DNA of 64,000 bases from assembly GCA_040954595.2 (NCBI GenBank), contig CM082589.2, positions 1,977,498 to 2,041,497 of the forward strand, read 5' to 3'. This document shows, one piece after another, positions 36,201 through 50,100 of the stretch (position 1 is the stretch's first letter; every line of letters starts with the position of its first letter). The notes under the pieces are model-generated. The model was not told where the DNA came from and searched no databases. It saw only the letters and a program-made list of their open reading frames with translations. The stretch is from Balanoglossus misakiensis. Lineage: Eukaryota > Animalia > Hemichordata. The translations under genes and the position numbers were made by a program.

Positions 36201-39200
36201 GCGAAATTTGAAGGAGAGTGTACTTTTGAAGTACTTACATTTTTGGTATGGTGCCCAGCTTTGCAATCAGCGTCTGCCGTCATCGACTGTACTGTAGTCT
36301 TTCCAAAGGCACAGTTTTCCCGTCTGTACTGTAAACAAGAAAGAGTACCTATATTAATATGTTGGGTTTGAAAACCGTAATTTCGCAAAACTCCCCGAGG
36401 GTTTCAGCTGCTGGAGTTGATATTTCAGCTGACGCAGTCAGAATCTAAAATGAACCATTAATAATATCCCTTTTTTGTTCGGAATCTGGCGATGGGACTG
36501 CGCGTCATCCCTTCTTCTGAAATGAAACACGACATGTTTGATGAAATGAACAGGCTGAAATTGAAATGTGATGGAAATTAGACACGGCAGTTTGCTCGAA
36601 TCAGTTATTTATTCAGTCGATTGTATAATACAGGTCAGCGGGCGCCAATTCCTAGATTCTTTAGCGGATTTTCCTGTCTCGTCTAATCGCTTATTCCAAG
36701 AGTTTCCTTTTGCGCGGCGTTTTAATCTCGGCCTCATTCATGTACGTACATGAAGGCATTTCCATGCGAACTCATGTCGCGCTCGCGCTGATCATATTGA
36801 TCTAACGCGCAGATGCCCCGGACAAGAGCCGAATTGAAAACATTTCCCCTTGTTATTCGAATGCAAGGAATCTTGGGCATGGCTCTCTAAAAGCACTGCC
36901 GTTTACATAATGTGAACCGTTAGCTTTAGTTTGTCTTTTTGCTAGACTTCATCTGTTTTCTGACAACGGATTGTGAACACAGTTCCACTCTCGGATTTTT
37001 TATACAGCGTTCGTGTCAATAGCTCAGGCATCTGTTGTCATTGTAACGTCAACAGTAACCTGATACGAGAGCTTGCTGTACTGGTTTGTGATCGGCAAGA
37101 GGTTTGTGAGTCAAATAGCAACCAGTCGCGATATGTATATGTTTAGCGCCTCCACCATCCAGTTATGCCCGAAAAAAGAGGAGGGGGGGGGGGGGACACA
37201 AAATTCGCTGATTCGCCAGAAACGCGTGCTCCGAGTGATTTGTAACACAAACGTCACCCAGGGGCAGTCAGCCGCCGGCGTTTCGAGTTACATCACCGTC
37301 CGATGGGACTGATTTAACGCCTGGGGCTAGCCGTATCGGACGACCAAATCGAAGCTGGTACAAATTATCCGAGCGTGCTGTTTAATACGTAGTAGTTTAA
37401 CCTTTATAGAGTTCTCACTCATCATGTTTATGGTCATCATTTTTCGCAGCAGGGGTGCGTTGGTCCTAGCCTCGGTTGAAATCGTCCTTTTGGGGACACA
37501 GAATTGTCCCCTTTGTCCTAAATACGGCAGTAAGAGAGATGGAGAGGTGCCCGGTGTCCATAGCCGCGAAGGGAGGGGGAGGGTCCCGCAGACAGACAAA
37601 CACGGAGATAATGGGTGAAATTGAACGTTTACTTTGGCAACCTCGATTGTTTGTTTTATTCTCTGTTTTCATTGTGTCTGTGCTTAGACAACTACCACAA
37701 TTGTCTGGTAGTTTTTGCGCAGTCTTTACTCCCCCCCCTCCAGTGCTTTGGACCACTACCTCACGTTAAATCCCTTTCTTTCGTATACCTTAGACCACTA
37801 CCTGGCCGGACCACTTATATTCCCACCACTCATTGCGACATCCCAGAGCGCTTTTTAAAAGAAAACGGGGTGGGGTGGGAGTGGGGGTGGTTCAAGGGCG
37901 GACGGAAATGCAACTTTTGACTAGTCTGCAAATGTGCATACAAATCGCTGGGCTGCCTTCCCTCTATTTGTCGGTCTCAGCGTGAAGTGCCTGCGTCAGT
38001 CTCCTTTTGCGATCCAGGCTATGACGTCAGGGTCAGAGGTCAGGTATAGGATGCCTACACGCGTAATAGTCATTATATACTGGCACGCGAACAGAAGCCA
38101 TCATTCCCTCGTTTACGTGTTCACATGCAGTAATTGTGGCCCCATGCAAAGTTCTGTTCAGGTCGATCGGTGTCCATGTCGTGCCCCTGAGTGATTGACT
38201 ATGACAGGCAGTCCACAATGCACCGCGGTGAGCTGCAAGAGGAGCCCTTCTCTCGGGATGCGAAAGAAATTGAAGGCCGGTGGTTTGGCTTGTCATAATG
38301 CTGGGTGTGGAGATCGAAGGTAGCGCGTCCCTTTTCATGTGCGGCCTAGGCCACAGAACCACGACCCAGTATACTAGCAAGCCTAAATTATCGCACTATT
38401 AGAACCCCATAGTAGATCGCTTTAGACTACGCTAACAGGCAGACCGCTCTTGAAGATGTGAGTGGTCGGCGCTTTCGTTCAAAAGTAACACTTACAAGAC
38501 GTTGACCCATTTTTCCCCGAAAATCGTGATTATACGAGCGGTGTCGCGCGAAATAGGCGGAAGCCTCTGAAGTGCATTGAACAACTGAGTTGATGACGTC
38601 GACGGGTGTGCGTTGTAAATCTCTTACGATACTGTCGATCAATTATTTAGTCAATATACTTTCCACCTGTTGAGATGTCAGCGTTGCCATCGTACCAATA
38701 TTTGCGTACTTGGCATACTTCGAGAAAAACGACCCAAGAATTGAGTTTTCTGGTTGTTTTCTGTCAATAAAGACAAGGTTTCTCTACGCGCATTGCATAG
38801 ACCCTTCTCCGGTTCGTGTCACCGACGGAAAAGTCCGATGCCAGCCGACGACTTCGGTGACAGATGGACGGCGTACGCGGGTACGCGTCACCCTCTAACG
38901 ACGCACTCGACCTATTGACGGGCATTTGTCATGTACATTGGGAGAGACCTGTCTCCCCGCTCATGGTTAGTTGCCAGCCCAGGAAATAAAGCCAGGCACC
39001 TGCACCTGTGGCCCATCTGACCCCCACTCAAAAACGACTTGACGACCGACAAACACGGAACACCCGTAGTCACATGTCAGCGATAAAGATAAGGACCGGA
39101 ACAACGATCGGTTACTTCAACGTCATACCGACAACATTTAGCGTTCCCTTCTAAAGATAGGGGCAACATATCAAGTTTTTACGGCCCGCTGACCATCCCC

Positions 39201-42200
39201 ACCGCCCACTTCTCGTATTTTTACCTTATAAAGCGGTCCTGCAACACCGCGGTGGATGTAGGCGAGCAACAACAGAACAACAGAACCCCTCTGTCTGATG
39301 ACGCGCACTGATACGTATAAACGAGCCACTTCACATGACAGTTGCCACACGAGCACCGTCTGCGCTTCTGGCCTTCGACATTTATGGCACCCCGTCACGC
39401 CAGCCTGATTTACCTTTGCCATAGTGACTTTCACGACCGCCTTAAATTTGGATCGAGCACATGACTGTCTTCTTCCAGAAAAAGACAGTCACATAACGTG
39501 CGATAGGCGACCTGTATTTGATCATTTGACGTCCATGATTTGATGGACAGAACCACTATCTTTAATGTTGACTGTTCCCTACTTAATCTTCAAAACCACG
39601 GATCGTGTCAAAACATACACCTGCGAACTTAGAGCGAAACGTAGCCTCTATGCTGCTGACTCAGCAATATTTTGTGCGTGGCATTTGCATGAATGTGTCA
39701 ACATTATTTCAATTTTTAACTCAAGATTTGTCAAGCAGCAACTCAAGACTTGTTTTACCTCGTTTCATCCCACCTGACGCCTACACGTTACATTTGCTTT
39801 TAGGCTTTGGTGGGCGACGAGTCTAAACACATAAAACGTGATCGCTTATACATCGTGTGTGTGTATGCACAGACTGATGTATAACAACGGGGCTGGCGTG
39901 TAACGTAAGTCACTACACGGAGAATGCACAGCGCCATACCTGCACCGAGACCTGAATGAAACGGCCACATTACGTATGCAACAAGACATGCACCGTAATT
40001 GACACTTGCGTCTTCCACGAATTTGATTGGCTCTTCAATAATTAGACACTGCATAAATGGCGCAAGCTGCCACCTGTAGCGTCCGTCAAACTGACAACGC
40101 AGTTGACGGCGAATGTTTTCTTTTACATATCAGCTGCTGCATTATTTTACCCGTTATGAAATTTTGATTGCCGTTAACTTAAGTGGTGTCGTGTGTGCGT
40201 AAATTTTCACGAGGAGATGGGTTTTCAAGATATCGCTTGTAAACATCTCGTGCAGCAGGCCGGGATTGAGCGAGCTATCCGCTGTGAGCTGGTCTGTTTT
40301 GATTTAGACCGGCTCAGCGGACTTCGTGGAAAACCAACATGCAAGACGTGCCAGGGATGTAAAAGGGACCCCTCTTTTGTGATATTCCACCAACTAAAAT
40401 CGATGGAAATACCTATTCTGTTAATACACGTGCGGGCCCACTGAACACATCAGTTTGAGGTGTCCACGGTACAGTGTGTCGCTACGTGGCGTGTCTCAGG
40501 ACAAGCCACAACGTTATATTTGAGAAGGAACTTCTCATTGGTGTGAAAAACAAATTACTCCAAAAAGCAACTGTCATTCATTTTCTACCAGTAAACGATC
40601 CCACCGGTCAATATTGATTCTCGAGATTATCTCTCAATTTTTAATTCCAGAAATTGAAAAGCCACGTCCCCACATCACAGCATAACGTGATAGACATCTT
40701 AATCTCGCCCGATAAACATCTTTATGATTATTGTTTTTGAGAAACATGTTTGAATTGAACGCTTTCAGCATTAGTCTATCACCTAAGAGATTGTTTACAG
40801 ACTCTGTTTACACATAGCTGTCTGTTTTTCTTCAGATAAGGGGTCTATCTTGTAACAATCTTATCAAGTTTTCGCCACACGGGAAATATTAAGATAGGGA
40901 ACCATTTGCTGCGCAACAAAACCGTTCAGGGCGATTTCGAGTTTTGAAAGAAGCCCTGTTAATGTTATCTGCCTGACTGGGCATACCGGAAGTACCCCAC
41001 TTGCCAAAAAGACCGGATACTCCTCTATCATCTTTGACCTCTCGGTGGCAAAGGTCAGCATGTCACGCGTGGTGCTAATTCTAGCCTGCTGCCACGTTTC
41101 CTGTTAAAAAGCTGCCTTTAATTTGAGTAATTGTGATGAATTTCAGCCGATGCAGCTAAATTGTTGCACCCAAGCTGAGTTTGTTATTTTCAGGAGGTAC
41201 GAACCCAGACAGATGTTCCCGTTGATGGGCGCAAGACCCTTGCCTGGACATTCTGCCCCAAAATAGACAAAATATGCTGTCATTGACGGATGAATTCAAT
41301 CATGAACTTCACAATCACAAAAAGAAAGTTCTTGTGAAAAAGGGTAGTTAAACATGTGCCAGTTGTGGAAACCAAGTTTTCCATAACTGGGTCTCAACGT
41401 GTCCTACATTCTGAGAAGTATTGCCAAGTGGCCGGGGTCAAAGGTTGCTGTTCATGCAACACGCGTCTTGTTAGCAGATGGGATTCTTGGCATTCTTCTG
41501 TACTCGGTCGAAAAAAAATATGAAGTATAATCGGTACCCTCCGTTCGTACCGATGGTGGCGCAAATTTCGTCTTGAAGTGGTCCGTAGACAATGTATAAA
41601 TTTCTACCTATAGTTTTATAGCTTTGTGCATGGAAATGTTGTATAAATTGCAACGTTAGCCTTCTACATACTTCTATCGTTTATCTCGGTTTCGTTCGAA
41701 GAAATTTTCGTTCCGGAGTGATAACTGAATACTACGAAATGTGAAAGAAACCAGTGAAGTGGTTTCAGAATCGGTTGTGTTCATTCACACTTTTTCCTGA
41801 GCCGCATGCGTATCGGTGTTGACTGTCTGTGGTGGCACAGTTTGTCCATTTTGCTGACAAAATCGTGTTAATGAGTCCCCCACGTTTCTTTCCATAAAAA
41901 TCGCACGGGTGTTGACCATGAGCAAACCCTCGGCGTTGCCGGTTGTTCAATCATGCTTGTACTTTACCCCATACACGACGAAGCGGTTTTCAGCACGGCT
42001 TTGTAGAGTGATCGTGTTCCGGGCAAGTGTTGAACACTTGTTCGACGCCCATCTGTGCACTTGTCAAGGTTGGACGTGAATAGCACACTACGATATATGA
42101 CTTTCGGAGGAACTTACGCGGGGAGCGGATACATGCAAGCTCATATTTCTTTGCTGCGTTATTTTAGTTTCGAAGTCACATTCTTGAGCCAGTCCAACTT

Positions 42201-45200
42201 ACGACCTCTTTCTCGTTTTGCCGGCTGGACGTCAGCGCCCGCCAAATTTATTAGCCAATCAAGTTTATTTTAGACCATGGCAATGTCAATTAGGCCGTTT
42301 ATGTCGCGGTCGTGTGTGTGTATTTACTTCGAAGTAAGAAAAAATCGAGAAAATATTTACATTTGCGAAGAATGCACGCTTGTTGGGAGAGGCTAACTTG
42401 TCGTACTTTAGAAGGGTTTGATTACCCTATATCACGCATTACAACTTTATGAACGAGTTTTTTACAAACTGTCTGGGGAGTTAAATTGTGGAAATTTAGT
42501 ATCAATATTTGATGCGGGGGCCCATTAACATTCTTGCGCGCAGAGACCTGACGACATCGACTAACTGGAGTGACCAGGCTGTTCAAGGGGTGGTCGTAAA
42601 AGGGTGACAGGGCCAGCGTCGTAAATATACACCCTCGACAACATGTGTCGTCTGACGCAAGATCGAAGTGCTCGGTGTTTGTCTTTGATTGGACATCAAC
42701 AGGAAATGCCCCAAATACCACCGATCGATTGTCAGGTAACATCTCAAAGACTCCGCCGAATTTCACTCCTGGAGGCGTATTTACAGCGATACAAGCATTG
42801 TTTCCAAGTTCATTAACATTAAATCGCTACAAACGCATTAGTCACTAACATGACGGCCGGTAAATAGACCCACCTTGTTTCTGTAACGACAGCGTTATTT
42901 CTTTCCACGCCATTGCTTTACCTGTATCACGTGACGGAATTTAGCGTAGTGAATGAACATTGCGGCTTCTCTGTCATGGCAACGGTCTCGCATACGTGGA
43001 ACTATAGCAGTCCGCTACCAGCTGGGGTGAAATAAAGTTTGTTCCACGCACCGATGGCTATGCCAACCCAATCAGCGATTGTCCCAACAAGAGCAGATCT
43101 ACCTTTAATTAGCGCGGTGTGGGGTGGGTCGAATGTCATGTTCAAGTGTCCCTCTCACGTAGGCCCGGGCAGTTCTATTTTGGTTCAAACAAACCCAAAT
43201 TCATCAATTTAGTTTTAAGTTACTGCAGCGGAACTTTGGACCCTAAACATTTAAAAATAAACCCCTGTGCATACAGCCCTGTATTCAGAGCAACGCTACC
43301 CCGAGTCGCAGCGAACAGGTACTTCTCTTGTCTGGAGAGGGCGACATTTTAGTCATTTCTTAAGTTGGTTTGACCCCCTTCCGTTCCGATAAAGGTTAAA
43401 CCCCCTAGCCGCTTGACGTCAGTGGCAACCTGTAAGTTACACCACGGTGGACTGTAGCCAAGATGTATAAAAATTGCCAATGGCTTGTTAAGCACCGGGT
43501 AATAAAGGTACAAAACAATGCATGGACTATTATATAAGCTGTAAAGAGTGTTTAAAATAAGAGAAAAGTCCTCAAATCAGCGAGTGCATTCCGAAACACT
43601 GCACTGTTTCCAGGTTGACAACTCGTCGCGTTGGCGGTAATTGTCTACTTGTTTATGGGTGGATTATCCCTTGTCAATTCGGTTGCAAGAAAAGGCGTTC
43701 GCCGCTGATGTGTCTATTTTTGTTGATCTAGCGGCTTTAGCGTCTGTTTGTAGTTTGCGCCGGTGCCGTGTCCTGACTTGCCTGCGGAGATTATTTGACA
43801 GTACTTCAAGAATTTATTGACGAGACAAGGAGTACATTAGTATTGTCACTTTAAAACCCCCCGATGAAGTCCGGTCAAATTTTTACTTGTGTGGTGTTGG
43901 CTGCCGGTCAACTCGACACTCCGACAAATAAACACTCCAGACTGACTCTGCAAACTTTTGAACTGAAATCTGTCGCAAGGGATTAAATGCACTGTAGTTT
44001 ACAGGGCGACAGATCAACCCAGCGTTTTTTCGACACGCGCGTGCAAAGCATCAAAATTACCGAAAAGAAATTCTCCGGTTTGTAGAGTTTTCGTAAAATT
44101 GAGTTTATTTTGGTTTATCATGATCGCTTTAACTTCCCTCAATATGTTTTTGCGAAAATCCGTGGCTAATAATCAATAAATAACAATATTTCATGAGACA
44201 TGGCATTTTCTGCGCGTAAATAGAAACAGGGACAACCATTGATTTCTTTGAAGGTTAACGCCCGCTCGAAGTCTCAATTTCCGAAAACACATTAATTTGT
44301 TTGGCGGCACTCTACGCATCTGGGATTAAACTTTTACCGCAGTGGACAATAAATGGCCGGAATGTTTGATCTCGTCCGGCCGTTCCTAAGACCAGTGTCG
44401 TCCGAAGTTTAGTGACCAACTCCTTCAGTTGTTAATAATGGCTGAAGTTGTTTTAACAATGGTTAATTTGGAGGGCTCTCAATCACATTTGATACACACG
44501 CGAAGTCTCGCCCGGTGACCGATGCCCGGTATCCAGGCAGAGCCCCGGTCGTCATGGAGACATCAAAACAATGCAATTAAAGGGTCAGAAAGTCGAGAGA
44601 TATAACCTCGGCGAAAATTACAACGAAATTATGTCCACCTGTCTACGGCTTTTCAAGTACACTCGACCAACAAACTGCTTAAGAAACTAGACGCCTTTAA
44701 AATTGCCGTTGAAACGATCGTCGCAAACAAAGTGATCACTTAATGCACTATCCTGCCGCTCCTAATTGACTGCGGGCGGCGGTCCCTATAAAGGACAAGC
44801 ACAGGCGGAATTGCCCACAAAATATTTTCAAATATTGTCGTTGCTAGAGTGCCCTTTTACATACTACGTCCCACTTCCCTACTTTTCTAGACGTTCTTTT
44901 CAGACTAAGGGTACAGTTTTTGGGTAGCCCCATCCGCGTCTTCCTGAACCCCTGGACTGTTATCTCAAGAGCAGCCAACGGCCAAGAATCGCAGGAAATT
45001 TCCACCATGTTTCAAATGAGGGCCTGAACTAAATGCGCACAGGGACCATGTCAGGGCTGGATGCATTGGCATGTTTGGAAGGCTGTATGCAAATGCTGAT
45101 ACCACAATCGCCAGGTGATGCACGCTCCCAAGTTTCGGGTCGAATAAACAAAATTATTTCGCGATTTATCAATAAACCGGCGCCCTTGTCCTTCCAACGA

Positions 45201-45911
45201 GGAGTCAACTATTGTCTCCTTCACAAACCATCAAAGAATACGTTCCTCGATAACACAGTCACGATTCTGGCCATGACTTACTGTACTGTAAATTTAAATC
45301 AAGGCTTTGCCCTAGACACGTTTAGTTGAACTGTCTTACGGTTTTCTGAGGTCGACTTTTTTTGCCATAGACGAAGAGTCAATAATGCACAGGGCGCAGC
45401 TTTTAAACGTATTCAGCTTTGTATTCAAATCAGCTGAGGCGAGCTTTGAAGTACCCGGATGTGGCGATGTTCATCTGTCTGTAGAGATGTTTCCCTTCGA
45501 TTTGCGCCCATAAGTACCAGTACTTTGATACATATTAGAATCGAGTGCGTTTGAAAGAGAGGAAAGGGTTTTTTGAAAGCGATCCATTACGGTCTGAAGT
45601 CCCTCCTTCAAAATATGCATGTGTTTCGATTTTTGTAAACTCTTAACGTGGATGAGATCCCCTTACGGAACTCAAACACGCAATGAGGTGGTACATGTAC
45701 GTAACCGAGTCTCCTCTTGCTCACAGAAGTATCACAGTCTCCCAGAGTCCAACTATAGAACTAATTTAAGCAATAAACTGAGACCTAAACCTCCTCGTTG
45801 CCATGCAGAGAATTGAAGTGTGAAAACGTAGCGGTTCGAAAGACCTCACAATCGCCAGAATGACTATTTCTTGAAACCTATGATCAGCGGTGTCTCCCTC
45901 TTCCGTTACAG

Positions 45912-46040
45912 GTTGCCATCAAGATAATCGACACGAAGAAAATCAAAGAAGACTATGTCCGGCAAAATTTGCACAGAGAGGCCAGGATTCTTGCCCAAGT
46001 TCGCCACCCGAACATCATCAGGCTTTATGAGACAATTCGG
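45912..46040 (+). CDS. Same kinase, exon with VAIK and the alphaC helix (not in the ORF track)
   Basis: Acceptor CTCTTCCGTTACAG|. Encodes VAIKIIDTKKIKEDYVRQNLHREARILAQVRHPNIIRLYETIR. Phase-0 donor CGG|GTGAGT. In frame with the previous exon across a 12.7-kb intron. Confidence 0.96.
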
Positions 46041-46981
46041 GTGAGTGTTTGAAGTTGGGTGTTCGCTCAGTCACAGAACAAGTGCATGTGCTGATGAGCT
46101 AGGCACTGAGCATTTCATCACGCATTAGGGATACAAACTGGAAACTGTAGCTGATATGGAGAACATGAGCACTGACAAAAATGCACACGGCAAGCCCTGG
46201 CAGACCGGCTGAGTAATACAATCATTTGACTAACATCTTTATCGTCGGCTGCGGTACAAGTATTACACCTAGTAATCGATGATTAATCATAATGACACAC
46301 TCTCTTTAGTGGGGGCTAATGTTATCGTATCAACATTACGCGGCCGTCCAACCGTCATCCGCGTCATGCGCACTGAGTTTAAAATTGTTGTAGTAACCAG
46401 CTCCTTTGCTGGGCTAAGGTGGTTTAGGTGTCTAACATTTAAAGTTGTCTAGGTTACAAACTGACTGCACTGTTGACATGATATGCTATCTCTCCTGTAA
46501 TCTAATCCAGAGTCGTAACCTCTTCAGCTAAACCCCAAGTAATCAGATCCCTCTTCTGCTCTAATCTCCTTGAAGTGGACCCGCCAAGTGCGAGGGTGTT
46601 TTCTTACTGCTGTGCTTCACCGTGGACAGAGAGAAATTCCGTCTATTAACATTTTTGTGAATTTGTCTAAATTATTATTTAAAATATGTAGCGCCCAAAT
46701 CACTATACGCGATTGTCCAGTAAATTGCCCATCAAACGCATTTTCGCTGCGTTAACCTCAATAAGGACTGTAATACTCAGTAATGGCTAGTTTAACGATG
46801 TTGATGTTTGATTTCATGCTACAAACGCAGTAATTGGGTATTTGGGTTGCGTTTCGAAGAACCGATTAAATTGTAACAAAATTGCTTGAAGTACCCGCCA
46901 TTACTTTCACATTATCTGCAATAGCTACGAAGTTCGGTACGATGGTACATTTTCAATTTCTGAACTTTCCGTTTTTTTCAG

Positions 46982-47148
46982 TCGAGCACACTTTACTGCC
47001 TGGTGACAGAATTCGCCGGTGGCGGACAATTACTGGAGTTCGTCAGAGAACACAAAGATGGCCGACTGACGGAGAAGACGGCGAGGCCGTTCGTCCGGCA
47101 GTTAGTCTCGGCTCTGCACCATTTACAAGAACGGGGAATCGTCCACAG
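46982..47148 (+). CDS. Same kinase, exon from the hinge to HR of the catalytic loop (frame not in the ORF track)
   Basis: Acceptor TTTCCGTTTTTTTCAG|. Encodes SSTLYCLVTEFAGGGQLLEFVREHKDGRLTEKTARPFVRQLVSALHHLQERGIVH(R). Phase-2 donor CAG|GTAGGA. The next exon (DLKxEN...DFG) was not found before 64000. Confidence 0.96.
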
Positions 47149-50100
47149 GTAGGAAGGCAATATAATTATTTTCACCCACTCCTGATTGGTTAAGACTGTA
47201 GCACGTGACCTGAATAAATCGCAGTGGCGGGGGGGGGGATATTACTATATGTTATACAGTAAGGTATTGCTTACCGTGGTCTGGTTCCACGATTCGTTAA
47301 AGTTGTGTCATGTGGCTGCAGAACTGATATTCTTGTGTGAACACTGGAAAAAATAAAATAACAACATGTTCTTATTACAACTGATTTACATGAAGGAATG
47401 AGAAAAACGTAAACCAATATCGATTTAATTTATGTATAAACAAGAAAACGGTGTCTTTTTACCTGGATATAATAGTATAAATTAACAGATTAACATAGGA
47501 TATATGTATGTTTTGGCGGGAAAGGTTAATTTGAAACTATGATTTCCCGTTGTGCTGCACGATGGCGGACTGCACGTTTCTATCAGATCAGAATCGTGAT
47601 ACATTTTAGAGCAATCAGGTGTGTAGTACTGTGGAGTCATCGCGTCCTTCACACGACCGTAGAGCGCTGGCGTAGCGATGGTGATCGCGTTTAATGACGC
47701 TATCATCTGTGTTCTCGTCTGTCAATTTTATCAACGTGTCCTTGAGAGAAATCTATAAATCGGAAAAAAAGAACCTTGATCTGGTATGGCACATTATAGG
47801 CCGTACCGCATTTGCGTAACAGCCTTTTCCCCAAGCCACAGTTGCCATGACGATGCAAGAAGCGGGAGGACGATCAAAAAAGATCGTTACGTATGCGACG
47901 GTAAAGACGTTTTCAGGGGGCGTTTTTCTGAGAAGTCGCATCGAAAAAAAGTTGAAAAGCGGAATTTATGTCACGGGGTTCAAGGTTCCAAGAAATACAG
48001 CGACCTCCCATGATCCATATTTTCAAATAACGTTGCACTTTCGTGTTTCACGCCAACCTTGATTTGCTCCCCTTCAGAACTAGCGCGCACGTTTACTCAG
48101 CACAAACGCGGTTTTAATCATACGTATTATTCATGGTGACTATTTCTCGAATTTTCCTAAACCGTGTTCTGCCGGTAAGACTATCAAACTCGATAGTACA
48201 TGGGAAGTTCAAAAAGCGACATGCGATAATTTCTACTTTCACTTTTAACCGAGGTCAAGGCCAGTTGGGTCAAGCTACGCGACTTTTTGGTTGATTCCAG
48301 CAAAGTTCGATTCGCCGATAAACCCATCCTTTCAAAAGACAGCTCGCGGGTACACAGTGACGGCATTCGTGTTGGGGATTTTTAAAAGTATATTTATTGA
48401 TATTCAAACATGCTGCATGAATAGCAGAATGATCGCCGGGCAAATTAGGGCAAATGATATGAAGGCGTGTCCTTCACCTGAACTCAGTCAAAAGCCTGAA
48501 CTAGGCCAAGGAGAGATGGCTTTGGGGTCAGGTCAAGACGACAGCTTGTACTTCTCTGCTGGGATTAAACCGGTGCCGGAAATTCGTCCAGATTAATCTG
48601 ATTCGAAACCGCTTTCGTTTATCGTTTTCCCGAATATTCCTGAACGGTAACGATAAATCGGTGGCATAGAGAGAATGAAAAAAAAATGGCGGCGGACGTC
48701 CATCATTGAGGTAGACAAACTCCGATCCCTCCTTTCTTATTGAGAGCCATAAACGTTAACGATGATGTTACAACAAATCCATTGAATGACACATTTTGGC
48801 AACCGCTGACAGTTTCACCTGACAGGAATACTCAATCACTTACTCCACACAATTACCATACACACTTTGAAATACGGAAGCCTCCGCGCATGCGTTGTCT
48901 TTTGATCTGCTCCTGATGTTCAAGTCAATGCCAGGGTAAAGTTGCCCATTTCTGGTAGCTGTCATAGTTGGTATTTTAAGTGTTGCGGTATGCGCAAACA
49001 TGAACTTGGATTGTTCTTCGCCGGAGGTAAAGAAGGAATCAGAAAATCTCCGTTAACTGTAATTGTGAGATCCCCCCCCCCCCAGTATTTTCTTCTTTGT
49101 ATCGTTTGCAGTTTCTTGTTTGGTTCCCGGTAAAGGGCTTGACGAGATGCCCAGTTTTTAGTTGCCATCGCAACCCATATGTGTACAGTCACCGTTGCTT
49201 TTCGAAACTTGACAGATTGGATTGTCAATAATGACACTTGTTGTGTTGCCAAGCAGAACACTGGCCCTTATAGCATGTTGCACGAAGTAGAACAAGAAGT
49301 TCTTGTAGCCGTGCCTGTAACCGCTGTAAAACTGATATAGTTTGCAAAGAGGTCAACTATGTACAAGGTTGCAGAGGGGTGCAATTGTGCATGATGGAAA
49401 ATGAAAATTAGCCGCCGTTGTGTTAAATGTACTTTCAGCTGAAAAGGTAGTGTCAGGGCCGTGATAACATTTATCGATTGAATATTCTCAAAGACCGTGC
49501 CCTCGTAAACTGGTCAGATTTGAATGACAATGGGCAAATCCGGTGCAGATTTATTCAGATTCCACACGCTGAGGTTTTATTGAATTTTCGGGGACCTTGA
49601 ATTTGTATGTGACCCCTCGTTGCCCCGTGCCGTGTGCACAGCCCTCTGTAAAGACATCGCAGATTGGCGGGCGACTGGGGTATCCTTGACTTCGACTGGC
49701 GTGCCTGTGGAAATGGTGTCGGCGATGATTCATCTTTGAACTTGGTGAAATCCGTGAAGGTCGCGGCCTGTGTGGGTGCACTGTTCGCCAGCTGCAGTGT
49801 GAGGGAGACATTCCGCGATGGCATCTCTTCCGCGGAGGTCAGTTGAAGGACGGGTGGCTGGTACTGTCATGTAGACCCTGAATTTTTGACCGCTTCTTGC
49901 TGTCAGAGACTACCACAAGTAGATTTGTCAGTTTATAGTCATCCTTTCCACTCGTCACAACGCATCTGGTCTTGACCTTAAACAGTCCTGATTGAGACAA
50001 AGGTCACAGAATTGCCGTTCCAACCTCTTCACAGCATGAGTAGATCATTGTAACCACGTCTTCCAATGGGCGTAACCTTTAATCCCCAATCGGATTTATC

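Noticed and set aside
44577-44700. TTAA-flanked Kolobok/piggyBac-like mini element (TTAAAGGGTC...GACGCCTTTAA)
   Set aside because: The inverted match is only about 7-10 bp, which is compatible with chance.
46882-47193. ORF-track 103-aa protein
   Set aside because: Wrong frame; the real exon 46982-47148 is read in another frame.
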